Positions 1-11,064 of a stretch of DNA of 64,000 bases are shown here, in pieces; the stretch's first letter is position 1; every line of letters begins with the position of its first letter. The stretch is taken from positions 12,216,001 to 12,280,000 of the forward strand of contig NC_087252.1 in NCBI RefSeq assembly GCF_037042905.1, in the 5' to 3' direction. The stretch is from Lytechinus pictus. Its lineage: Eukaryota. The notes below the pieces were generated by a model. That model was not told the origin of the DNA. It saw only the letters and a program-made list of their open reading frames with translations, and did no database searches. Position numbers and translations under genes: made by a program.

Positions 1-70
1 AATTAAGGGAGTGAAGTTTATAGAGGGGGACTTATATTAATTAAATAAATTAATAGCTGATTCGACCTAC

Positions 71-2639
71 CGACATTATTTCTGCATGTCCAGCTCTCAT
101 GCACCTAGGTTCTCAGGCAGCGAGGATAGTCGAAGATGTCGTCCGGTGTTGATTGACGATGAACCAAGAAGGTGAATCGGGTCTAACTGCAGTTTAAAGT
201 TAATTAATTATAAAATAATTGATTGTTAGCTAAATAGTATATTATCTAAGTAACTTATAGACACAACAGGTGGGTGATATTCATCTCATTAACGAAGTTC
301 AATTACGAATTAATTCAAAAGAAGATAACTCAGCTGGCCCAGAAGCATTTCTGTTGTGCATAAATAAGCTATAGATATTAACAAAATCTACCAATTCACC
401 GAAAATAGACTAGTACACAAAAGTTGCAAACAGATCCTAAAATTTTGCATCACTCTATGAGGTTCCTTGCTTCAGAAATATGATTGGAAAACATCGAAAA
501 TCATATTGATATGATACTGAATAAATAGGCACCTGTTATGTTTAAAACCATGCTATCATTCACACACCAGGTGGTGGATAATGTAGGTAGAACTGCAAGG
601 CATAGGAGATGTTTCCCATGGTCCAACCTCTTTGGTATGAAAGTCAATGTGCTTTCAACATCATATCGACCTGTATCATTTTCACTAATATTCAGGGATG
701 AATGACCAGTCATATTTCTTGATTCTATGTACCAGTAAATGCGAGGAGCTGGGTACACATTAGTAGCCTTGCAGATCACGGTGACTTTAATCCCTTCTTT
801 TAATTCAGCAGGGAAAGACAAAACGACCTCATCCGGTGGTGCTGTAGCATGTTATGGAAAATGAAAAAGCGACACGTTCTATTAAAGCATCAAATCATTA
901 GCGAACATGGGTGATCTGCTTGATGAAGTTTTATTTTTACAGAAAAATAAACATGTCGGCCTAATCAATTACCATAGCTTGCTTTACCAAACGCCCATTA
1001 TAGAAGATCATAAATATACCAACCACAACGAGAAGACATCCAATTGTTATATCACACCTCCCTGGTTATATAGCTTAGCAGCTTTTTAGTCACTAACTGC
1101 CCCAGACATTATTTTTCTTTCTTTGTCACATCATGAGCACTAACGAAGAGTGTGACCTTTTCTTTCATTTTGAGAGCTACGCTCCTTTTAAAATCTAAGG
1201 CTCTATTTCTACGCCATATGCATTATTCATTATATATTTTTAGAGTATGTTACATTGAATAAAAGTATGCATATTTGTGGATGTCGATAAAGCATGAACG
1301 GAATTACATGTATGAATGAACAAATTCCTAGAATTGTATAATAAAAAGGTATTTCTTTCATAAAACAAGTGTAATTGGTTACCAGTTAACTAGTGAGATC
1401 GACGGTGTATGTAAACAAAATGAATAATGAACGAAATGTTTTATTCTTTTTGCATTTTCTGTCATGTTTGTTACGGTTGTGTGCTGAGGAATTTGTTTAG
1501 CTTTCTTTATTAGTTTGTTTCTTGATTGCGTTTCACGTACTTCAATAATCTGCATGTTTAATTTTTTTTTTCGAAATATAGCCGTGATAAAATATCGTAC
1601 TGTTCTTCTAGTTTAAAATTTCATTGTTGAAATTGGGTTGACCTGGCTTTGATCATTATATCTTAAACAATTACTGCACCTGGTAGTAATGGTGTTACGA
1701 GCATGCTCCTTGATACTGTAAAGTGGGCAAAGGCAGTTTGGCGAACAGAACATCTGTAATGGCCACCGTCATCACCAACCAGCTGTTTTATCGTAAGATT
1801 AGCACTGGAGTAGTCTGCCACCAAGCTGAATTTCCATTGGTCAAGAACAGTAAACCTACAAGATCGATCTTCCCTACAATCACATGTTGCGAGTGATTCA
1901 CCATCCTTTTGCCACGTGATCTCCCTATTTCTGGCTTGTAGTGTGAACGTGCAGACCAATGTAAAATCCTCGCCAATCACTGGAAGATACTTGTCTCTCT
2001 TGATCGAAATACCAAATCCTTTCGTTTCTGCGAGATTGATAGACAAAATTTTGCCAACGAAGATATTTCAGTTGGCGTCATTTCTCCTGAATTAATGCAA
2101 TGAAAATGATTTGCTTTAAGTGGGTTTGTAAGGGGTTTCGATATGAATTATTAATTTGTCAATATCTTTGCTCATTTATTCATTTTATTTTAGTTTATTT
2201 CTAATCCACTTATCAATTTATTTCCCTTTTTATTCATTTTATAAATGTTATAATGCATCATTTATTGATTAATAAGGCCACGAGTATCTATTCAGAAGGA
2301 TGGGGTGTGTAAATATCACCAGATGCTCACCGTTTAATAATGACTGGGAATATTGTTGTCCTTTGGTCATCCTCTTACGGAATCGAAGGATTCTGTTCTC
2401 CAAAATATGTCAGTAAGTCGCTTTGCATATGAAATATGAGCACATGAAGATATGTTGTAATATAATAGTGTCATTTAAAGGTACTTATAATGTACACACG
2501 ATAAACCTTTTATAGATTACGGTGCTTGTTTAATCGTTAACGGAAAATGGGTCAAATGTAGATATAGCAACGTAAACCTACCATAACTGAGGAGCGTTAG
2601 AACAGAAACAACCACAGCATGTTCAAAAGCGCTTGTCAT
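71..2639 (-). CDS. IgSF unit B4: leader - V - (C2a and C2b deleted) - C2c - FN3-like exon with TGA; shortened nephrin-like Ig protein or pseudogene
   Basis: Exons by AG/GT boundaries: leader 2582-2639 (MTSAFEHAVVVSVLTLLSY-G, donor GTAGGT), V 1680-2027 (348 nt; C..W..D-G-YRC), C2c 533-841 (309 nt; reads through to a stop at 501), FN3-like 71-186. Comparison with unit B1 shows a deletion junction near 1108. Confidence 0.7.
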
Positions 2640-5004
2640 GATATCAAATCTGGCTCTACGAAGACTTGCTTTCAGAACGACATGAAATCCAACAATGACA
2701 AATAAACTCTTATAAAGTCAAACTTGTAGGAGACTCCCAGATGCTGTACACTTTGGGGAAAATCGCTGGTATTGTGTCAAACGAGTGCTACTGGTTTCCT
2801 TCTCAACTCCTGATTCGGTTTCGTGATGTGCTATTTAACATTAATGAGTAATATTTAGAGCATGCGTGGTCGTAGAGGTCGCCATTTCCCTTCGCAGCAG
2901 GATAGTAAAGATTACTGCTAGTTCAAAATGCTCGAGTTACACGTTCACAGCTGGCGCTGGTGATAAACTAATTTTTTTACATTACAATCTGATATGAAGC
3001 ACACACTAGAAATAACATCATCATCACGAGCCGCGGAAACGGGGGAGGGGCTGTGTGGACTTCAACCCCCGCACTTTTTCCAAACCCGTGTACAAAAACG
3101 TAAAAATGACCATCTGATTATTGTTCTTTGCATGGTTGCCACCCCCCCCCCCCCAACTTTCAAAACCCTTCCGCGGCCCCTGATCATTACCATTAGCAGT
3201 TTAAACTTTAAATGATCAGATAGGTATCCATGTTTGGATTTCAATATTGGATAGGAGATGGTTAGACTTTTAATGATCAACGTCAATCATGTTCTCGACA
3301 TAAATAGTGAACTTAAAGCAACCTCTACATTGTTTTATATTCGTACTGTCAATGAATGTTACTGGGCAGTTCACATTCGGAGGGTGTGACAAAATAAGTC
3401 AAAACATATGAGCGGTAGTAGATGATGAAAATGGCGTACGAGGCACAGATTTTTTGATGGTCAGGGAAGAGCGACGCGAACGAGCGAACGATAAATCGAC
3501 CTTACAGAAACACAATTCCGAAGACATCCTCGATGTGTCCAAAACACATTGAAGGAATAATGATGACGATGAGATTTGTTCGACTACTTTCAATTGTCCA
3601 TGCAGTTAAAGCACATTACGAAAGTACGACTTAAGTTGTCAACGGTCGAAAATGAAAGTACAATGTTATGTATATTAATTATATTAAGTGTATTGCTGCA
3701 TTTTAATGATCTGGCGACAGAGTGTGCTCTTTCTCTTATCCGATTTGAAGTTGAGGTTTGCTTGACCTACTAATAGCAAACAATGGAGTTTGATGGCTTC
3801 CAGAGAACAGTCAGGACAAATACTCTTCAGGATGGGCTCCAAAACGTACACAATCATAGGTGCCTCATTGAAACTGTTCCATAACACATTTATTGTGTGT
3901 ACAGTTCATATTGATCCTAATCAACACCGCTAACTCTTAACATGCCACTGTCGCCAATCGGCACTAAAAAATACACAACAAATTATCAACTTGTAACCAA
4001 TCTGACAATTTGCGAGTTAGGTAACTCCTCGTCAGACCCCCCCCCCCCACACACACACACAACTTTGGAATTACTTATTACATCATCTGCCATTTAACTT
4101 ACTAAGACCTTATTTACTGACTTCATCGCAGCTCCGTCTCAGAGGTCGATACCTTTACCTTTTAATACATGCGTTTGATTATATTAGGTCCTATAAAAAA
4201 CATCGAGTATACTCCCAATCAATACAAAATTGCATTTGTCTATATTCACCGCCAATCTATTCTTCACTAACCTTTAGTTAAATGTAGCAAGATCATCACT
4301 GAGGTTGTTAACAAGAGTGTTCACATGTTTTCTATGTGTATTTTAAAAATGGTACTTACTACTTGAGTCACTCTTGTCAACCCTCCTCATCCACAACAAC
4401 AGACAAACCAGAATTATGAGACGGGTTTTATTTAAATATCCGTATTGTTTTTATTTTTTGCTGAATCAATCCAACAATAGAAAAATAGCGTGATATTACA
4501 TCATATAGACATATACATAGACTATTGTTAAAATAAATATGCAACAACTGTATTGTTAACATTGATATACTGGTCATTTAATGTTATACATTTTAATAAA
4601 CATCTAATTTAACTCATCTGCCTAGTGCATAGAGGGTACATTATTTATGGAAGTATTAATCCTCATTACAACTTTTGACTTGAGTCCTTGAAGTACTCAG
4701 AAAACAATATGAAGTCACATGTTTGGTTGGAACAATATTCAAGATTATAACAGCATGATTATATTCCGTCAGAAAAGAAAAGAATTACTTTGAAAAGCAT
4801 TCCTAAGAACTTTCATGCGTTTTGCCCCCCCCCCCCCTCCCTGAAAAAAATACGGGTAGGACCATGATAAACCTTGCTTCAATCATCAAAATGAGGCATT
4901 GTCGATTGGAAGTTTAGAAATTCATTGAAATTTCCTTGTCAACATTTGTTTCATTAACCAGGGTTTTTTGAAAAAAAAAATAATCTGCCGATGTTTGTTT
5001 TCAT

Positions 5005-8000
5005 TACTGCCATCGTCCTGATCTAGACTTAAATGATATATTTAATACCCTTGTCTTATTCAAGGACTGTGACGTGGATAAAGTGGTCAGTCATATTTGG
5101 TATGAGGATCAGAGTGCTTTCAGCATCATATCGATCAGCGCTGTTGATGGATGTCCTCACAGATGAATGACCTGTGACGTTCCTTTACCCGATATACTAG
5201 TGGATGAGAGTTGCAGGGTATCCATTAAGAGCTGTACATGTTATGTTGGTCTCTGTGCCTTCGAGCATATCCATGATATCACCAGGGACAATCATTACGA
5301 CATTGTCTGGTAGACCTTCATAAAAAGCTATTGGTCATAGTCAAACTTCAGCTGTAGAAGCCTTTTTTTTTACCTAGCCCCGGCAGTATAGTCGGAATCG
5401 AACAAAATAATTTTAAATCATTACTAACAACAAAACTTATTTCATTTATAAAAAAGGCACAGTTGTAGCTATCTTGTAATTTTCTTCAGGTTTGGTAAGT
5501 TATTCTAGATGAATTTTCATTGATGATCTGTTGTCCGTTCTACCATTAACAATATTGACTCTCGGTTCTAAAATCATCGAGGGAAACAACTCACCGTAAA
5601 CAATTAGTCTAACTGTCAGTATTTTAACAAAGAAAGCGTCGTCCATATACGATGAGCATATAATGTGCATTCCATGGTTAATGGCATCTGGTTTTATGGT
5701 TATGGTACTTTCAGTGTCAAACAAAGTGTCGTCTAAAACACTCCCATAACTTGATACATTTGCGTTGATCGGAGTCCTGTCAGAAGCACCAACTAACCAA
5801 AATGATAGCTCAGTTGCTGGAAATGACCCGATGCTTTTACAAGTGATTGACGTCGGTGAATCTTCTTGAACGTTTATGACTGTTGATTGAGACTGGTTAC
5901 CTCCAGTTAGAAAGAGCAGCACACTGGAAGGAAGAACTGTAGGTATGGCAAACAAGAGAAGTATCGTAAGAGAAAGTAGTAGAACAAAGAAGGAAGCATT
6001 GTATGATATGCGGACAGGCCCTTTGTGAAAAGAAGTTTTGAAACTTAATGATACCGCGTGTAAATAAACAAGAGATGTCAATATAAAAAAGTAAGAAATA
6101 AAGAAAAATCGTGTTCACTGCGGAATGATGCTTGGAAACAACTGGTTCGTCATTATGTAGATATGCATGTAAATATATTGAAATGGAGCTTTAATCGACG
6201 TAAAGTGTTAGCATATTCTGTCCAATGTTTAAGCTATTGTGGATGAATTGAGTGTTACAAAATTTTGCAAGGACTGAAAATCTAGGATTGATATCAATAC
6301 GTGTACACGTAATGATTCCCTGAATGAGACATACCATGAACATTCAGAAGAACCGAGGATCTAAGACTCCCTTGTATTTCCGGGTGTGATGCGATGCAGC
6401 TGAGACTCTTTTCATGGTCAACTCTGGTGGGTGTGATTGTCAAAGTTTTCCGGGAGATGTAAGATCTGTCTTGAATGACATCAGATTGATCCTGATGAAC
6501 AACGGTCATGTCCTCAGGTATTAGCCATTGCAGGAATGCAGGAGGCCTTGCCCTATTTACTCCACAGGTGATGCTAAACGACTCTCCAGCAGTTATACTT
6601 ATATTGGCGTTGTTCAAGTATTGCCGGCCCCAGTAGGCGTCAGACATGAAAACCCGTGAGGGTGGAATTGGAGAAAAACACAGTACATTAGAAATTAGCA
6701 CCCTCATCTCAAATAGTTCCTTACTATTTCAGTTTTTAAAATGATTAATTACTGAATGATTTTCTTGTTGGCGAATATGAACTCATGCCAAATTGTCAAT
6801 GGGCTAAATAAACAAATAAATAGTAAAATTTAATAAAACAGTCATAATATCATTTATATTATGTATAATCTTGCCATATACATGTATACCGTCAATGACA
6901 AAATTATTTGTATTCATTAATTTCTTACAAATAACACGTGGGAAAGAACCCGTTATATGAAATGATACAGAAAGCAGGAGGGGACGGGTGTAACCTACAG
7001 CTAAAAATATCTACAATCTAATCACCTTTCACATGTTTGGTGAGCAAAAAGTATCGTCGATAGAATATTGCAGTTTGATCATGGGCCTTTTCACGCGTTA
7101 ATCTTGGATTCGTCTTTAGAATCACCGGAACTTTACAAGAAAGATTCGTACTGTAATTTGGATGAAATTTTAATGGAATTTCCCTCTGGAGTAGAATTTA
7201 ACTTCGTGATTGTGATTAGCCTTCGTGATTCTAGTTTGGTTTCACACGTGTTAAAAAAATCGTCATTACCCTTATATTTCACTTTTTTTAAACTGTTTTA
7301 AACTGCGAATAGTCACGAGCTCTAGGTAAAATGGGTTAGGGCTTTATTTACGATGTCTTTTCATTGGGTAAGAAGGTGGCACAATATTGGATGAGTAGGC
7401 CTACGTATTCGTAAACATTTAATTTTGTCATCGTGCTCATTGTGGTTAATCCAAATACTTCGTAGAGAGGGGTTTTTATTATTTTTCTGTACAAAAACGG
7501 TCATGATTTAGACACTGCTAAGATTAAACTGATGTTGTGCGTCGCAAAATAGCGCGCGTGTAAAAAAAAAAATCTTAGCTAGGTGGATTGAAATGTCACC
7601 TATGCTGTCAAACCTCCCATTTGTTCTTACCTTGATTTAGTACTTCCAGTATTTCAGTCGCTGAACGTTCCCCATGTAGGTAAAATACATTACATGTGTA
7701 TCTCCCATTGTCACCAGTGTTCAAATTAATTATTGTAAGGGATGTGCTGCTGTCAGCTCCCAATAACCTGTACTTAGTAGGATTGGAAATATTAGGTGTA
7801 CATTCACTTGAAGTTGTGCACCACTCAGACGCAATTCGTGTTTCTTCGTGTTTCCACTTGACAGTGCGAACATTCGAAGGAGGGAAATAGGTGCACTCCA
7901 TCGTAAAATCTTCTCCTTTGACAGGTAGGAACTGCCTTGCTTGAAAAGATATCGTGGCTGTAGACATGGTAGAGGGGGAGCCTGCAAATGGATTGTGTAG

Positions 8001-8598
8001 GAATATTGTAAATTATCAGTAATAGCAAAAGTATTGCTTCTTCATAGTACTATAAAGGGTGGGCATCTATTTTAGACTCTCAAGGGGTGAAAAGTTGCAT
8101 CATTCAAGATGTGCGCTGATTTTTTTACATGCCAAACATGTCAAAAGGGTTAAAAATTGCACTTGTTCGAGTTTTGCTGCAGGTTGTACCATTTCGCGAA
8201 GGATAACACCCTCCGTGCACCTTAAATGCGTAACTCAGTCCATGGTCTTTAGATGGATATATGCCCAGGAAGTGCATTCCGAGACAGACGTGAACAACGA
8301 AATTAAGTGAAAGAAAATATTTTTCTGATCTTGCTGATGGCAAGCATGAATGGGAAAACGTGTTTTTTTGTCGGCAGTCTGCTTTGACCTTAAACTCATT
8401 TAAAATAATCAAATAGTAACGGAAGAAGTCATACTTTCTATTTTCTTAGTTTTATTAACAGCCTACCTTTACAAAGAGAAGGAAAAAAATCGCTACAAAC
8501 CAATATGTATAAATTCAATTTTATTCAAATTTAATCAAATTCGACATACCTTTGCCAAAAACAAGAAGAGCAAACATGCACCAAATATGGTACGCCAT
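5005..8598 (-). pseudogene. IgSF unit A6 (A-alpha): leader-V-C2a-C2b-C2c with lesions
   Basis: Leader 8550-8598 (MAYHIWCMFALLVFGK-G, donor GTATGT), V 7631-7981, C2a 6335-6667, C2b 5595-5936, C2c from 5315. The C2a acceptor reads CAA instead of CAG (6668-6670). C2c has in-frame TAG (5197-5199, at the core Trp) and TAA (5185-5187). Confidence 0.75.
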
Positions 8599-8699
8599 TT
8601 GAGATCAGAGTGGTAGTATCCAATCCAATAATCCTGGTAACAAAGAAACATTCAATATCAAAATTAAAGATAGTTGCAGTCGGTGAGACAAATTGTTTT

Positions 8700-8925
8700 T
8701 AAGACATTTCTGACGTGTCTCAAACATATTGATGTAATAATGGTGACGGTGAGATTTATTCGCTTACTTTCGCTAGCCTATGCCGTTAAGCACATTTCAA
8801 AAGTACATGTACGACTTAATGTCTTAGGTTGTCAGTGGTCGAAAATGAAAGTACGATATTTCATATATCAAATATATAGCTGCATTTGTTCGGACGACAG
8901 AGTGTGCTCTTTCCCATAGCCGGTT
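8700..8925. promoter_or_regulatory. Conserved upstream block shared by families A and B, with IRF/ISRE-like GAAAATGAAAGT
   Basis: Paralogous blocks near 3520-3740, 18600-18820, 26420-26630, 32950-33185, 38090-38300, 48710-49050 and 57480-57700, always 5' of a leader exon. Function is inferred. Confidence 0.5.
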
Positions 8926-9388
8926 AGATGTCGAGGTTGCTTAACCGAGCATACAATGGATTGGAAAGGCGTCCAGAGAACTGTCACTACACTTACGCTT
9001 CGGGATGACCTTAGGCAATGACATCATCGCACCGCCATCTTAGAGGGCTTTGCCTTACATGCCTTGTTGATCTTCAACTGGCGCAAACCATAAAACCAAC
9101 CATTGTTTGAATATGTGACACATGCATTCTTATGATATTAATTTGATAGACTTAAAAAAAGGATTTCATTCATTTTAATTCGATTTTTCTTCCGAAACAT
9201 TTTTTTTATTTCTATTCCTTTTTTGCAGTTTGTGAACCCCTTAAAATCGGACCAGGGGAGATCACATCTATCTGTATATTAGATAAGCGCAACTGCATTC
9301 CAGTCAGTCTGTCTAATCTAAAATATATGTGGGTTTTTTTTTGTTCATTCCTACCGAATTCATAAGTTTCTACAACTTCCTGATTGTA

Positions 9389-11012
9389 ATGGCTTCCAGT
9401 ACCAGCAGAGAAAAGAGAAAAGAACTCGGGAACATCAAGGTGAGATTTGGATATACGATATAGATTATAAACCAATCAGAAGTTACTGCAGACAACATGA
9501 TTTTTTTTCAAGAGAGCAGAAGCAGAAGCGCAGTCTTAAAAAAAACGTTGAATCTACGATCGCGTCTGCCGAGGCCTCGATAAGTAAGCATCTCCTGGCA
9601 GTCAACGATAACTTTTAGGTTGCTTCCGAAGAAAAGTTAAAGAGAGCACGGAACAAAGAGAACAGAATTATCAAAATGATTAACGATGAAGAGGAGCTGG
9701 AAATCTCTAATACAAGAGGTAATAGGAAAGAATGTGTCGACGTATGGAAGGTTGAAACAGCGAAGCGAGAGAGAATCATCGAAAACCGAGAAGAAATTCT
9801 TCTTTCAGATGTGATGGCAATTAGCGAAATCATTTCTAAAATGATTTAAAGGATCTTAATAGCCGAACTATGCATGAAATAGATACATTGAATAATATTC
9901 AATCGACATTTATATAAATAACCAAACGGGATAAAACATTGGTGAATCAAACTCCTCAGGTACTAACATTTTCTGAAGAAACATCTTTAAATGTGTATTA
10001 AGACGCTGGCCACATCCTTTGTGAAATTAAGAGAGTGAAGTTTGTAGAGGGGGGATTTGGTGGATAATAATATGGTAGAATTGATGGGTACATCGGTAAA
10101 CGGGAACTTGTCAAGTCAATCTATATTCCGCCTGTCATCAAGAAACCGGGGATTCGTGGATTAATAGTGATGATGAAGCTTTCGTGTGGGACGAGGACAG
10201 AAACTCCATGTATGCTACAAATATCAGCACAGGAATCACTCATTAATCGTTCATGAAGATCGGAGCATGTATATCACATCAGTACCCTCAATAAACAGGG
10301 ACGTGGTAGTCTGTGAAAAGTGGAAACCAGGTGACAGCCTGGATGAAGCATTGTCGATTTGAACTGTTAAATTCATTTGAATTTCGTTGTCGATAGCATT
10401 TTTTTTTTCATTAACCAGTTTTTTTTAATGCGTCAGTCTCTACTACAGAAAGACAAATGTTACTAAAAATGTCAACGTAGGTCTACCTGTCCAAAGCTTT
10501 GACAGCGTTGCTGGTAATAATTGCCAGTACGATGATGTTGACAAAAATTGGATGATCCTTACCAATCAACCCAAGCAGTGCAATATATATGTCATCAGCC
10601 TAACCGATTCGAAAATAACAAGTACCATCGCAATACAGAGTAAGAAAGTATTTGGTGAAATACACGTCTTGTCAACAAGTGATATCGTTTTGAAGTCGGA
10701 TTTGGATGACTTCACTGTCGTTTAACGAACAGGGGAACAGAAAGTTGTCATGCACTGCGATGATTGGTTGTATGCACGTATAGTCACGTGGACAAACTCA
10801 CATATACTCTCTCATAGTCTGCATTAGCCGAAGGGATGGGGCGCGTAAAAATTGCGTAGTTGATCAGGTTTCCTTTGATGGTATCATTCAGGCGAAGATC
10901 AATGAGGAATCAGATCGTGATTATTACCTCAACCCGTGTCTTTATACCCCCTTCTGGTCGGCTTGTAAAGGCTGTGATGGAGACAAGCTCCTATAAAAGA
11001 TTCATCGTGTAG
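9389..11012 (+). pseudogene. Decayed intronless B-box/coiled-coil/beta-propeller (TRIM-NHL-like) gene, copy 1
   Basis: Starts ATGGCTTCCAGTACC (MASSTSREKRKE). A charged helical segment (EEKLKRARNKENRIIKMINDEEELE) is followed by RVKFVEG..GRIDGYIGK and propeller-like blades, with many stops and frameshifts. Paralogous to 19278-20931. Confidence 0.6.
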
Positions 11013-11064
11013 TTCACCATTGCCTCTGAACGAAAAGCCTATTGATTGAACATGTGTCTGATTT

